64,000 nucleotides of DNA from Vulcanimicrobiales bacterium (GCA_038231455.1 JBBRLI010000001.1:96001-160000); one strand, 5' to 3'. Counted from the first letter of the stretch, positions 21,380 through 31,592 are shown. Made by a program: numbers and translations. The notes: a model not told the origin generated them from the letters alone.

Positions 21380-22179
21380 TCGGGCTTCCGTCGTTCGCGG
21401 AACGCGGCGATCGCCTCGGCGAAATCTTCGCCGTTTAAGAACGCCGCATTCCAAATCGCGGTATACGCCAGGCCATCGGCAACGGGGCGATTTTGCGAGG
21501 CGTTCATCACGCGTTTGATCCCGCTCGTCGTGAGCGGTGAGTGCGCGGCAACCTCGGCAGCAACACCCGCTGCGTGCGCGTGCACGTCATCGGCAATCTC
21601 GTTCACCAAACCGATCGCGTGGGCGCGAGCGGCGTCGATCGTCCTGCCGGTCAGCGCGAGTTCGCGCGCGTTGCCCTCGCCGACGATCGTCGGCAATCGC
21701 TGCAAACCGCCGAGATCGGCGACGATCGCGAGCTGCACTTCGCGCAGAGAGAACTGCGCGGCAGGCGTCGCGTAGCGCAAATCGCAAGCTGCCACCAGCT
21801 CCACACCGGATCCGATGCACCAACCGTCGATCGCGGCAAGAACCGGCATCCGCGCGTTTGCGACGGCGTTGAACGCGTTCTGCATTCCGGCCAGCACCGC
21901 GAGAAACGCGACTCGGTCGCGGCCGCTCTGCGTTTGACCGGGTTCGAGTCCCGGTTGCGCGAGCATCGATTGTACGTCGAGGCCGTACGAAAAGTGATCG
22001 CCGCTGCCGCGCAGTACGACGGCGCGAATCGATGGGTCAGCATCGAGCGCAGCCATGGCCGGTGCGAGCTCTCGCCACAGCGCCGGGCCCATCGCGTTGC
22101 CTTTGCCGGGACCGCGTAAGAGCACCGTTGCGACGGGACCGTCACGCTCGATACCGAGCGCCAGGGAATTTTGTTCCAT
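21370..22179 (-). CDS. Crotonase / enoyl-CoA hydratase (dienoyl-CoA isomerase-like)
   Basis: GKGNAM, FSYGLD, GWCIG.GV, REVQLAIVADLG.LQRL. Confidence 0.9.
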   Translation of the reverse strand: MEQNSLALGIERDGPVATVLLRGPGKGNAMGPALWRELAPAMAALDADPSIRAVVLRGSGDHFSYGLDVQSMLAQPGLEPGQTQSGRDRVAFLAVLAGMQNAFNAVANARMPVLAAIDGWCIGSGVELVAACDLRYATPAAQFSLREVQLAIVADLGGLQRLPTIVGEGNARELALTGRTIDAARAHAIGLVNEIADDVHAHAAGVAAEVAAHSPLTTSGIKRVMNASQNRPVADGLAYTAIWNAAFLNGEDFAEAIAAFRERRKPDYR

Positions 22180-22220
22180 CAGGCCTACTCCATCGGTCAC
22201 GCTTGTTCCAGAGGATGCAT

Positions 22221-23876
22221 ATGAACGTCGTCAATCGCACCGCCGATATCGGGACGATCCCGGGTCTCATGATGGATGTCCCGCTCACGATCCGCGGAAT
22301 CCTCGAACACGCCGTCCGCAATCATCCAAAACGTGAGATCGTCTCGCGCGACGGCGCGGGAATGGCTCGGTACACCTACCGAGAATTCGGCGCGCGCGTG
22401 GCGCAGCTTGCGAACGCCTTGCGTCGCATGGGCATCAAGCCGGGCGACCGCGTCGCGAGTTTCGCTTGGAATACGCACCGCCATCTCGAGCTCTACTACG
22501 CCGTACCGTGTATCGGCGCGATCCTCCACACGGCGAATATCCGGCTCTTTCCCGATCAAGTTGGCTACGTGATCGAACACGCCGACGATACGGTAATCTT
22601 TGTCGACGGCTCGCTTGCGCCGGCCGTGAAGGCGGCGATCGACGTGCGCCCCGCGCTCGCCGAGCGCGGCTACGTAACGATGGGTGAGGCGGCCGTGGCC
22701 CTGCCGAATGCGCTCGATTACGAAACGCTGCTCGCCGCGGAGAGCACGCAGATCGAATGGCCCGATCTCGATGAGAACGCGGCGGCGATGCTCTGCTATA
22801 CCTCCGCGACGACCGGCGATCCCAAAGCGGCGCTGTACACGCATCGCTCGACCGTCATCCACGCGTTTGCGACCGGTCTTACCGATACGTTCTCGCTCTC
22901 GCAAAAAGATACGGTGCTACCGATCGTCCCACAGTTTCACGTCAACGCCTGGGGGTTGCCGTTTTTGACGCTCCTGATCGGCGCGAAAATCGTGATGCCG
23001 GGTGCGGGAATGGATCAGAAGAGCATCATCGAGTTGATCGAAGCCGAAGGCGTTACGTTTAGCGCCGGCGTTCCGACGGTGTGGCTTGCAATTCGCGATG
23101 CACTGCACGCACGCGGCAAAGGTCTTCCCACCCTAACGCGTTTGATCATCGGCGGCTCCGCCGTACCGCCCAAATTACTCGACGACCTCGAAGATCTCGG
23201 CATCCGTGTGATCCACGCGTGGGGTATGACCGAGATGTCGCCGGTCGGCACGGTCTCGTATCTCAAAGGCGAACTCGAATCGCTGCCGATCGAAGATCAG
23301 CGCCGCAAAAAACTCAAACAAGGGCCGTTCTCGCCGATCGTGCAGTGGAAAGTGCTCGACGACGACGGTCACGACGTTCCGCAAGACGGGCATTCACGCG
23401 GCGAACTCTGGGTGCGCGGTCCAGCGGTCGCTGCATCCTACTATCAGAATCCCGAAGCGACGGCCGCAGCGTTTGTCGATGGCTGGTTTAAAACCGGCGA
23501 TATCGTAACGGTCGATGATGACGGCTACATGGAGATCGTCGACCGCTCGAAAGACCTCGTGAAGTCGGGCGGCGAGTGGATCAGTTCCGTCGAGCTCGAG
23601 AACACGCTAATGGGTCATCCCGCGGTCAAAGAAGCCTGCGTCTTCGGCGTGCCGCACGCAAAGTGGCTCGAACGACCGATCGCCGCGGTCGTCAAACGCG
23701 ATGGGATCGATATCGATGAGACAACACTGCGCGACTGGCTTGGCGAAAAGGTTGCAAAGTGGTGGTTGCCCGATCGCATTGTGTTTGTCGATGCGATTCC
23801 GCGCACGGGCGTCGGCAAATTTCTCAAACGCGACCTGCGCGAGAAATATCACGACTTACTCACCGCAAAATCGTAA
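22221..23876 (+). CDS. Medium/long-chain acyl-CoA ligase (DmdB/AlkK-like)
   Basis: GAGGA SD; WNTHRHLELY, YTSATTGDPK, WGMTE, DRSKD.VKSGGEWISS. Confidence 0.93.
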   Translation: MNVVNRTADIGTIPGLMMDVPLTIRGILEHAVRNHPKREIVSRDGAGMARYTYREFGARVAQLANALRRMGIKPGDRVASFAWNTHRHLELYYAVPCIGAILHTANIRLFPDQVGYVIEHADDTVIFVDGSLAPAVKAAIDVRPALAERGYVTMGEAAVALPNALDYETLLAAESTQIEWPDLDENAAAMLCYTSATTGDPKAALYTHRSTVIHAFATGLTDTFSLSQKDTVLPIVPQFHVNAWGLPFLTLLIGAKIVMPGAGMDQKSIIELIEAEGVTFSAGVPTVWLAIRDALHARGKGLPTLTRLIIGGSAVPPKLLDDLEDLGIRVIHAWGMTEMSPVGTVSYLKGELESLPIEDQRRKKLKQGPFSPIVQWKVLDDDGHDVPQDGHSRGELWVRGPAVAASYYQNPEATAAAFVDGWFKTGDIVTVDDDGYMEIVDRSKDLVKSGGEWISSVELENTLMGHPAVKEACVFGVPHAKWLERPIAAVVKRDGIDIDETTLRDWLGEKVAKWWLPDRIVFVDAIPRTGVGKFLKRDLREKYHDLLTAKS

Positions 23877-23907
23877 TGTCTCTCGCGCGCGGCTTCTTCC
23901 GACACGG

Positions 23908-24140
23908 GGTAGCCTGCTCGCACTCTTCTACTACGAATGGGTCCACTACGTCGCGCACGTGCCCTTTCAACCCATGACGCCGGCCGGACGCTGGATGAAA
24001 AAATATCATTTGCTGCACCATTTCAAAAACGAGTGCTCTGGTTCGGCGTGACGAACCCTGCGATGGACATCCTCATCGGAACCTTTCGCGGTCCGAACGA
24101 CGCTCCGTCCGGGACGACGCGACAGCTCTTCCGACCGTAA
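23908..24140 (+). pseudogene. Fatty acid hydroxylase / sterol desaturase family remnant (C-terminal part only, frameshifted)
   Basis: YEWVHYVAH...KKYHLLHHFKNE in one frame continues as LWFGVTNPAMD in another after about 24035; N-terminal part absent. Confidence 0.8.
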
Positions 24141-24142
24141 GG

Positions 24143-24568
24143 CTATGCGCGCGGATAGAGGATCATCTGCGTGCACCGGAAGAGCGCGATCGTGCGACCG
24201 CTGGTCTCGTCCGTAACGATCGAATCCCATACCTGCGTCGTGCGTCCGCCGTGTTCGAGCGTTGCGACACAAGCTATCGCGCCCTCCCGTGCGGTGCCGA
24301 GGAAATTGCTTTTCAGCTCGATTGTCGTAAAGTTCTCGCCACCTTCGGGCAGGCTCGCGAGGCAGCCATAGCCAGCCGATGTGTCGGCAAGCGCGATGAC
24401 GGTCGCCGCGTGCAGATAGCCGTTTGGAGCCATGATTTCGGGTCGCAACCTCAGCCGCGATTCGATGCGGCCGGCGGCGACCGTCGTAATCTCGATGCCG
24501 ATCAAGCCCGGCAGATGCCCGCGGCCGCGTTCGATAAATTCTGCAATGGTCGGCAGGGATCGTGACAT
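24143..24568 (-). CDS. PaaI-family hotdog thioesterase
   Basis: APNGYLHAA...LADT, FTTIELKSNFLG, GGRTTQVW. Confidence 0.92.
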   Translation of the reverse strand: MSRSLPTIAEFIERGRGHLPGLIGIEITTVAAGRIESRLRLRPEIMAPNGYLHAATVIALADTSAGYGCLASLPEGGENFTTIELKSNFLGTAREGAIACVATLEHGGRTTQVWDSIVTDETSGRTIALFRCTQMILYPRA

Positions 24569-24603
24569 AGGCGCCACTTGCACGCCCGCACGACCCAAGC
24601 CCC

Positions 24604-24798
24604 CTAGCGGCGCGAGCTCGTGTCTCTTGCCGGTTCGGCATCCGGCCGGAGCTTTGCCGTCATCGGATAGCCCTCGACTTCGCGCGGTTCTTCACTTGCG
24701 CGTTCGACATCGCCGCGAATCGTTTCGCCCCGAGTCGAGCGCAGTTTCACGATCGCTTTGCCGTTGCCGTTGCCGAGATCCAGAATATAGTCGCTCAT
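24604..24798 (-). CDS. Small hypothetical protein (64 aa)
   Basis: AGGA SD before ATG 24798; fills the gap between MATE and PaaI on the same strand. Confidence 0.5.
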   Translation of the reverse strand: MSDYILDLGNGNGKAIVKLRSTRGETIRGDVERASEEPREVEGYPMTAKLRPDAEPARDTSSRR

Positions 24799-24848
24799 AT
24801 CCGTCCTATACCCATTCACGACAGCCACGAGCGTGATGCGACGTACGT

Positions 24849-26207
24849 TTAGAGCGCGCTTACCTTGCTTTTCAGCCAAAAGAATTTGTAATACACAAGA
24901 TTGCCGGCCAGCGAGCAGATGAACGCAATCGGATAGGCATACCAAATGCCGCTGAGCCCAAGCGGGCCGCGCGAGAGCACATAAGCGACCGGAACCTCAA
25001 TTCCCCAAATCGCAATCAGCGAGATCAACGTCGGCCAGAGTACCGTGCCGCTCGAGCGCATGATGCCTCCAATGACACTCGTATTTCCGATGATTGCGTA
25101 GCTCCAGAGCGTGATCGAGAGGAGACCGTGCGCAACCTCGAGCGTTTGCCGATCGGTGATGAAGAGTCCGAGTACCATCCATGAAAAAGCGTATATGATC
25201 GTAATAATCGTGCCGCTGATGATGTAGTTGAGGACGATCGCCGAGCGGACGATCCCGCGCAGCCGGTCGAATCGCTTTGCACCAATCGACTGCGCGCCGA
25301 AAATCGATGCGGCGATTCCAATCGTGATCGCGGGAAATTGAACGAAACTGACGACCTGATTCACCGCACCGTACGCCGCGGTCGCGCGCGACCCGAAATG
25401 GTTAACGAACGAAATCACTGCGATCTCCGAGAGCGAGACCATCACGAATTGCAGCCCGGTCGGCACGCCGATACGAACGACGTTCTTGAGGATCGGCCAC
25501 TGCAGCTTGAAGTTCGCCGCGATTTCACGATCGAATGCCAGCGGATGATTGCGCGCCCGCAGGTACGCGAGCATGGCGGTTAAGGTGAGGAGCGTGGAGA
25601 TGATGCCGGCATAGGCGGCGCTGTTGATGCCCAGCCGCGGCAACCCGAACCATCCCAAGATCAGCGCAGGGGTCGTAATGAACCCAACGAGCGTACTCAC
25701 GATCAGCGAATAAAACGGTGTTGTCGCATCGCCGCTACCACGGATGAACGAGGTGTACGAGAGATAGACGAAGAGCAGCGGAAACGAGAGGAACATGATG
25801 CGTGCGTAGCTCGTCGCTTCCGCCAGGATGTCGCTGGGCGTACCGATTGCAGCAAGGATCGGTCCCGTGCCAAGCACGCCGACGATCGCAACGACCGTCC
25901 CGACGATCAGCGAGAGCGCGAGCGTCGTCCCCGCGATCGCCTTCAGCCGCCCAAGATCGCCCGCGCCTTTTGCCTGGCCGATGAGAACGGAACTTCCGCT
26001 GCCAATCCCGACAAAGAACGAAATGAGGAAAAAGATGATCGGAAAGAGCGATGAGACCGCCGCCAGTGCTCCGACTCCGATCAGCCGCCCAAGAAAGATC
26101 GAGTTAAGCGTGCCGCCTGCCGACTGCAAGATGCTCGAGAGCATCAGCGGGATCAAGAATACGCCAAGCGACTTCCAAATGGGTTTGGAGTCATCGAGGG
26201 CCGCCAT
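24849..26207 (-). CDS. MATE-family efflux transporter
   Basis: 12-TM pattern; RGSGDATTP, GINSAAYA, RIGVP.GLQ, GQ/AQ..GA repeats. Confidence 0.93.
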   Translation of the reverse strand: MAALDDSKPIWKSLGVFLIPLMLSSILQSAGGTLNSIFLGRLIGVGALAAVSSLFPIIFFLISFFVGIGSGSSVLIGQAKGAGDLGRLKAIAGTTLALSLIVGTVVAIVGVLGTGPILAAIGTPSDILAEATSYARIMFLSFPLLFVYLSYTSFIRGSGDATTPFYSLIVSTLVGFITTPALILGWFGLPRLGINSAAYAGIISTLLTLTAMLAYLRARNHPLAFDREIAANFKLQWPILKNVVRIGVPTGLQFVMVSLSEIAVISFVNHFGSRATAAYGAVNQVVSFVQFPAITIGIAASIFGAQSIGAKRFDRLRGIVRSAIVLNYIISGTIITIIYAFSWMVLGLFITDRQTLEVAHGLLSITLWSYAIIGNTSVIGGIMRSSGTVLWPTLISLIAIWGIEVPVAYVLSRGPLGLSGIWYAYPIAFICSLAGNLVYYKFFWLKSKVSAL

Positions 26208-26267
26208 CGAACGCACCGCCCGCTCTTATTCACGCGCGTTTCCCGTCCCCGCGTTCACCGCGTGAGC

Positions 26268-27878
26268 ATGCTCTTCACCGGCGCCCCGCTCGAAGCGCAC
26301 GCACCGACGATGATCGATCATCTCGAGCGCTGGGCCGCGGAAACCCCAACGCGCGTCTTCTTGGCTGAGCGGACCGGGTCTGAATCGTGGGAGAGCATCG
26401 ATTACGCAACGATGCTCGCGCGCACGATACGTATCGCGCAGGGTCTGCTCGATGCGGGCGCATCGCTCGAACGACCGGTCGCGATCGTCTCGGAGAATAG
26501 CATCGCACACGCGCTCGCGGTCTTCGGCGCTCAGTTCGCAGGCGTTCCCGCAGCGCCAATCGCGCCCGCGACGGCCGTTGCCGGAGGCGAACGGTTCGAG
26601 GCGATCGTCGCCGCTCTCACGCCAATCGCCATCCTCGGCGATGACCTCTCGGCATACGACATGCAAGCGGGCGTCCGGGCTCTTGCGGCACGACGGACAA
26701 TTGGTCCCGACACGATTGCCAAGATCATCTTCACGTCCGGCTCGACGGGGCCACCCAAAGGTGTCATCACAACGCAACGCATGCTCTGTGCAAATCAACA
26801 AAGCATCGCGCAACTTTGGCCGTTCGCGCGCGAACCGCAGACACTGGTCGATTGGCTTCCATGGCATCACGTCTACGGCGGTAACAAAGTGCTCGGCCTC
26901 GCGCTCGCCAGCGGCGGGACGCTGTACATCGACGGCGGCAAACCAACCGCGGATGGTCTTGCGATCACGATCCGCAACCTGCGCGAGATTGCGCCGACGG
27001 CATACTTCAGCGTGCCGCGCGGTTACACGATGCTCGCCGAGGCAATCGCGAACGATCGATCGCTTGCAGCATCACTCTTCGGTCGCACGGCACTACTCTG
27101 CAACGCGGGTGCTGCGCTCAGTGACCGCGTTGCAGACACCTTGCGCGCTCATGCGCGTGCGCACGGCCGCGACGTCCCGATCGTCTCCTGCTGGGGAACG
27201 ACCGAAACCGCACCGATGGCGACCGCTCCATCAAATGTTCAGGACGCGCGCGCGACGATCGGCGGCCCGGTGCCCGGAGTGACGGTCAAACTCCAACCGC
27301 AAGACGGTCGCAACGAGCTGCGCGTGCGCGGTCCGAGCGTCACGCCGGGCTACTGGCGCGATCCCGCGCGCACGGCAGATGCATTCGACGCGCAGGGCTT
27401 CTATTGCAGCGGCGATGCGGGCGCGCCGATCGACGAAATGAACCTGCGCTTCGAGGGCCGTATCGGCGAGAATTTCAAACTGTCCTCGGCGACCTGGGTC
27501 AACGTCTCAGCGGTCCGGGCGCGGTTTCTCGAAGCCATCGGGCCGCTCGTCGAGGACGTCGTCCTCAGCGGCGAAGATCGCGAGCGAATCGGCGCGCTCG
27601 TGTTCTTGGATCCCGGCCAATCCGCGAGCTATTCGCAAGAGGAGATCGCCCGGCAGATCGCTGCGGCGCTCTCGGCCTGCGCGGGACCGGATTCGGCATC
27701 GATCGCGCGCGCGATTGCAATTGCGGAACCGCCGCGGTCAGCAGCGGAACGCACGGCAAAAGGCACCCTCAACGCACGCGAAGTCCTCGGTCGACGGGCC
27801 GCGATCCTCGCGCGTTTGCATGCCGAAAACCCCGATGGCGAGATCATCTGCCGTGCGCAGGGTACACCGTTTACATGA
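26268..27878 (+). CDS. Feruloyl-CoA synthase-like acyl-CoA ligase
   Basis: KIIFTSGSTGPPKGV, QRMLCANQQ, VDWLPWHH, IDGGKP, WGTTETAP, ENFKLSSATWV. Confidence 0.85.
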   Translation: MLFTGAPLEAHAPTMIDHLERWAAETPTRVFLAERTGSESWESIDYATMLARTIRIAQGLLDAGASLERPVAIVSENSIAHALAVFGAQFAGVPAAPIAPATAVAGGERFEAIVAALTPIAILGDDLSAYDMQAGVRALAARRTIGPDTIAKIIFTSGSTGPPKGVITTQRMLCANQQSIAQLWPFAREPQTLVDWLPWHHVYGGNKVLGLALASGGTLYIDGGKPTADGLAITIRNLREIAPTAYFSVPRGYTMLAEAIANDRSLAASLFGRTALLCNAGAALSDRVADTLRAHARAHGRDVPIVSCWGTTETAPMATAPSNVQDARATIGGPVPGVTVKLQPQDGRNELRVRGPSVTPGYWRDPARTADAFDAQGFYCSGDAGAPIDEMNLRFEGRIGENFKLSSATWVNVSAVRARFLEAIGPLVEDVVLSGEDRERIGALVFLDPGQSASYSQEEIARQIAAALSACAGPDSASIARAIAIAEPPRSAAERTAKGTLNAREVLGRRAAILARLHAENPDGEIICRAQGTPFT

Positions 27879-28051
27879 ACGATCGATCACGCCGCACCGA
27901 AACCGACGAGCGGGTCAAAGAAAACAAGACGCCGCCTTCCGCCCCCGCGATCGACCCCGAGCACGACGACCGCAGCCCGCTCGACGTTGCTTTTCCCGAA
28001 CCGAAAATCGAGCGAAACGACGATGATAAGAGCGCGATCCGAGGAGGGTGA
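27875..28051 (+). CDS. Small hydrophilic hypothetical protein (58 aa)
   Basis: ATGA overlap with the upstream stop; disordered, charged composition. Confidence 0.5.
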   Translation: MNDRSRRTETDERVKENKTPPSAPAIDPEHDDRSPLDVAFPEPKIERNDDDKSAIRGG

Positions 28052-28093
28052 GCGCTCGGTCGGCGGCAACCAACTCCCACTACGGAGGATGAC

Positions 28094-28459
28094 ATGGCTG
28101 CCACGGACCTTTTCGCGGGAACGGATCGACACGCACTCTATAACGCCGGCGAGCGCATTTTCGGACGCGGCGAACGTGGAGTGTTGATGTACGCCGTGCT
28201 GGAAGGCGCGGTTGATATCGTTCTGAAGGGCCGCCATATCGAGACGGTCGGCGTCGGCGGCGTCTTCGGTGAAATGGCACTCATCGACGATGAACCTCGG
28301 AGCGCTGAGGCCGTCGCGCAAGTCAAGACGCGCGTGGTGGAGATCGATCGCGATTCATTTCTCGCGCTCGTGCAGCTCTCGCCGGAGTTCGCGCTCGACG
28401 TGATGTCCGATCTCACGCGTCGGCTGCGTCACATGGACGCGCTCGCGCGCACATTCTAG
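28094..28459 (+). CDS. Stand-alone cyclic-nucleotide-binding domain protein
   Basis: GGAGG SD; FGEMALID..PRSA phosphate-binding cassette; no HTH. Confidence 0.88.
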   Translation: MAATDLFAGTDRHALYNAGERIFGRGERGVLMYAVLEGAVDIVLKGRHIETVGVGGVFGEMALIDDEPRSAEAVAQVKTRVVEIDRDSFLALVQLSPEFALDVMSDLTRRLRHMDALARTF

Positions 28460-29919
28460 TGCTGCAGAGCGCGCTTCCTTTTCTGCACGACCGGGCCTAC
28501 ATCGACGGCGCATGGACGAACGCTGATTCCGGCGCCACCTACGACGTGCGCAATCCCTCCGACGGTACGCTGATCGCCTCGGTCCCGCGCATGGGCACTG
28601 CCGAAACACGAAGGGCGATCGAAGCGGCGCAGCGCGCGTACGGGCCGTGGCGTAAAAAGACGGCGAAAGAACGATCGATGATCGTGCGCCGCATCGGCGA
28701 GCTGATGATGGAATCGCAAGAAGACCTCGCATTACTGCTTACGCTCGAACAAGGCAAGCCACTCGCAGAAGCGCGCGCCGAGATCGCTTACGCGGCCTCG
28801 TTTTTCGAATGGTTTTCCGAAGAGTGTCGGCGCATGTACGGCGACGTTATCCCCGCGCACGCCGCCGACAAGCGCATCGTCGTCCTGAAAGAACCGATCG
28901 GCGTGTGCGCGGGCATTACTCCGTGGAATTTTCCAAGCGCGATGATCACGCGCAAAGCCGCTCCCGCCATCGCCGCGGGTTGCACGTTCGTCGTAAAGCC
29001 CGCCGAGCAGACACCGCTCTCGGCGCTCGCGCTCTGCGAGATCGCCGAACGCGCGGGCTTGCCGCCCGGCGTGCTCAGTGTCCTCACAGGCGATGCTGCC
29101 GATGCGCCGGAGATCGGCCGCGAACTCACCGAGAACCCCATCGTGCGCGCGGTGAGCTTCACCGGCTCGACCGAGGTCGGGAAAATCTTGATGCGCCAGT
29201 GCGCGTCCACGGTTAAGCGCGTTTCGCTCGAACTCGGCGGCAACGCGCCGTTCATCGTTTTCGACGATGCCGATCTCGAAGCGGCGGTCGAAGGTGCGAT
29301 CGCAAGTAAATTCCGCAACGCCGGGCAGACGTGCGTGTGCGCAAACCGCTTTCTCGTGCAAGATCGCATCTATCCGGTATTTGCCGAGCTTCTCGCACGC
29401 GCGGCAGCGGCACTTCCGGTCGGCGACGGCCTGGATCCCGCAGCGAAAATCGGTCCGCTCATCGATACCCCCGCGATCGAGAAAGTCGAAGACCACTTGC
29501 GCGACGCGAGCGAGCGAGGAGCACGCGTTATCACCGGCGGACAGCGCGCGAAGCAAGGCGGAACCTACTTCATGCCGACCGTCGTGGTCGATGTAACGAG
29601 CGCAATGCTTATGACGCGCGAAGAGACGTTCGGCCCCGTCGCCGGATTGCAGCGCTTCACGACCGAGGCCGAGGCGATCGCACTTGCCAACGATTCACCG
29701 TTTGGCCTCGCATCGTACGTCTACACGCGGGATAACGCGCGCGTTTGGCGGCTTGCGGAGGGCCTGGAGTCGGGAATCGTCGGCGTCAACACGGGGATCA
29801 TTTCAACGGAGATCGCGCCCTTCGGCGGCATGAAACAATCCGGACTCGGACGCGAAGGCTCGAAATACGGTCTAGATGAGTGGACCGAAACGAAATACGT
29901 CTGTATCGGTGGAGTCTAG
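28459..29919 (+). CDS. gabD: NAD(P)-dependent succinate-semialdehyde dehydrogenase
   Basis: ITPWNFPSAMITRK, FTGSTEVG, LELGGNAP, FRNAGQTCVCANR, EETFGP. Confidence 0.93.
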   Translation: MLQSALPFLHDRAYIDGAWTNADSGATYDVRNPSDGTLIASVPRMGTAETRRAIEAAQRAYGPWRKKTAKERSMIVRRIGELMMESQEDLALLLTLEQGKPLAEARAEIAYAASFFEWFSEECRRMYGDVIPAHAADKRIVVLKEPIGVCAGITPWNFPSAMITRKAAPAIAAGCTFVVKPAEQTPLSALALCEIAERAGLPPGVLSVLTGDAADAPEIGRELTENPIVRAVSFTGSTEVGKILMRQCASTVKRVSLELGGNAPFIVFDDADLEAAVEGAIASKFRNAGQTCVCANRFLVQDRIYPVFAELLARAAAALPVGDGLDPAAKIGPLIDTPAIEKVEDHLRDASERGARVITGGQRAKQGGTYFMPTVVVDVTSAMLMTREETFGPVAGLQRFTTEAEAIALANDSPFGLASYVYTRDNARVWRLAEGLESGIVGVNTGIISTEIAPFGGMKQSGLGREGSKYGLDEWTETKYVCIGGV

Positions 29920-31592
29920 CCAACGACCACGTTTCGGCCCCGGGACTTCGCTGCGTAACACGCGGTATCTGCAGCGGCGAGAACGACCTCTGCTTCTTCT
30001 GCAAGCGTATCGATCGGCGCAAGACCGATGCTCACGCCGAGGGTCATCGCGCCGACGTCGGTTGCAAAGCGATAATCGGCAACAACGCCGCGGATGGTTT
30101 CTGCCACGCGCCTCGCGCCTTGCAGCGTGCAATCGTGCATGAGCAAGGCGAACTCGTCCCCGCCGAGGCGCGCGAAGCAATCGCGGTCGCGCACGACCGC
30201 ACCGATCGCCTCGGCGATTTCACGGAGGACGACGTCGCCGCCCGCGTGACCGCACCGGTCGTTGATCGCTTTAAAATGATCGAGGTCGAGATAGGCGACC
30301 ACGTGCTGCGCACCGCTCGCGCGTGCATCGCCGATTCCCGCCGAAAGTCGATCGAGGAAGTGACGCCGATTGAAAAGTCCCGTCAGCGCATCGTGCGTCG
30401 CCTCAAAAGCGAGCCGCCGATTGAGATTCACGTCCGCCGTCACGTCGACGAGCGCCATGACGTAGCCTTGGGCCTCCCGCTCGTACGAATCGATCGGCGA
30501 GAGATGATACGAAAACGTGCGTCGTCTGCCGCTACTTGCAATGCGGTCGGCATGTCCGCGCAACGTAGGCGAGCCCGACTCTTTCCAAGCGGCGACCGCA
30601 TCGAACGGCGTCTCGGTCCCGTGTTCGAGGAGATGCAGCAAGTTGGAAAGCGGCTGACCGTACGAATCGAAGGGCGTCGTCCCGAGCGCCGTGCAGGCGG
30701 CCGCGTTGACGAATTCGACTCGCTCATCGCCCACCGTCGTGATCACGGCATCGCCGATCGAAGCCAGCGTCACACGCAACTTCTGTCGTTCGGCGAATAA
30801 TGCGGTTTCAAATTCTTTCCGTGCCGAGACGTCGCGCAGTGTCCCGGCATAAAACACGAGCGTTCCCGTTTCATCAACGATCGGACGCAAGTCGACTTCG
30901 ATCCAGACTGGAAAGCCGCCGGCTTTATACATAATACATTGGGTATGCACGGTCGAACCGCGCATGAGCGCGTCGCGGATGAAGTCGACGCGGCGGCGAT
31001 CGGTCATCGCGCCGAGCAGACACTCACCCGTGGTTCCGATCAAATCGAGGCCCGCATAGCCGAAAAATGCTTCGTAGACACCGTTGACATAAACGATCGT
31101 GGGAACGTTGCCGATCGTCGGCGCTTCGAACACGACGAACGGGTCGGGCGATTCGGTGACGCTCTGCGCGAGCAAACGCACGCGTTCGCGCATACGTTCG
31201 TCGGCATCGGTCACGCCGATCGGATGCATGACGAGTTCGGCGATCTCTTGCGCGATGATGCAGATCGTCGCGCGGGCGGCCGGGTCGACGCTGCGATCTT
31301 CGCGATCGAGCACCCACAGGCGTGCACGTGAGGCCCCGGCATCGTCGACGATCGGCTTTACGAGAGCAACGGCGAAGCCGTTGTCGACGCGCTCGCCGAG
31401 TTTCTTCGTAAGCACGATCGTTTCAGCATCGCCAAGGCCGATCCCATAGGCACACGCGACGACGGTGCCGCGATCGGTCCGGCGTTCGAGAATGACGCTT
31501 GGCGCTTTCGCAACTCGCGCGACGAGACGAAGCAACGTTGCAAGCCCGGCTTGCACGCCGATCGAACCGTTTGCCGAGGAAAGCACCTCCAT
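29916..31592 (-). CDS. Diguanylate cyclase with GAF-like and two PAS domains
   Basis: HDALTGLFNR, DLDHFKAIND, RLGGDEF active site with RDRD I-site; PAS/PAC segments. Confidence 0.92.
   Translation of the reverse strand: MEVLSSANGSIGVQAGLATLLRLVARVAKAPSVILERRTDRGTVVACAYGIGLGDAETIVLTKKLGERVDNGFAVALVKPIVDDAGASRARLWVLDREDRSVDPAARATICIIAQEIAELVMHPIGVTDADERMRERVRLLAQSVTESPDPFVVFEAPTIGNVPTIVYVNGVYEAFFGYAGLDLIGTTGECLLGAMTDRRRVDFIRDALMRGSTVHTQCIMYKAGGFPVWIEVDLRPIVDETGTLVFYAGTLRDVSARKEFETALFAERQKLRVTLASIGDAVITTVGDERVEFVNAAACTALGTTPFDSYGQPLSNLLHLLEHGTETPFDAVAAWKESGSPTLRGHADRIASSGRRRTFSYHLSPIDSYEREAQGYVMALVDVTADVNLNRRLAFEATHDALTGLFNRRHFLDRLSAGIGDARASGAQHVVAYLDLDHFKAINDRCGHAGGDVVLREIAEAIGAVVRDRDCFARLGGDEFALLMHDCTLQGARRVAETIRGVVADYRFATDVGAMTLGVSIGLAPIDTLAEEAEVVLAAADTACYAAKSRGRNVVVG

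Noticed and set aside
24805-24815. GGGTAT SigB-like -10 upstream of the 64-aa ORF (and GGGTAC near 27860)
   Set aside because: No GTTT-type -35 at the proper spacing; too weak to call.
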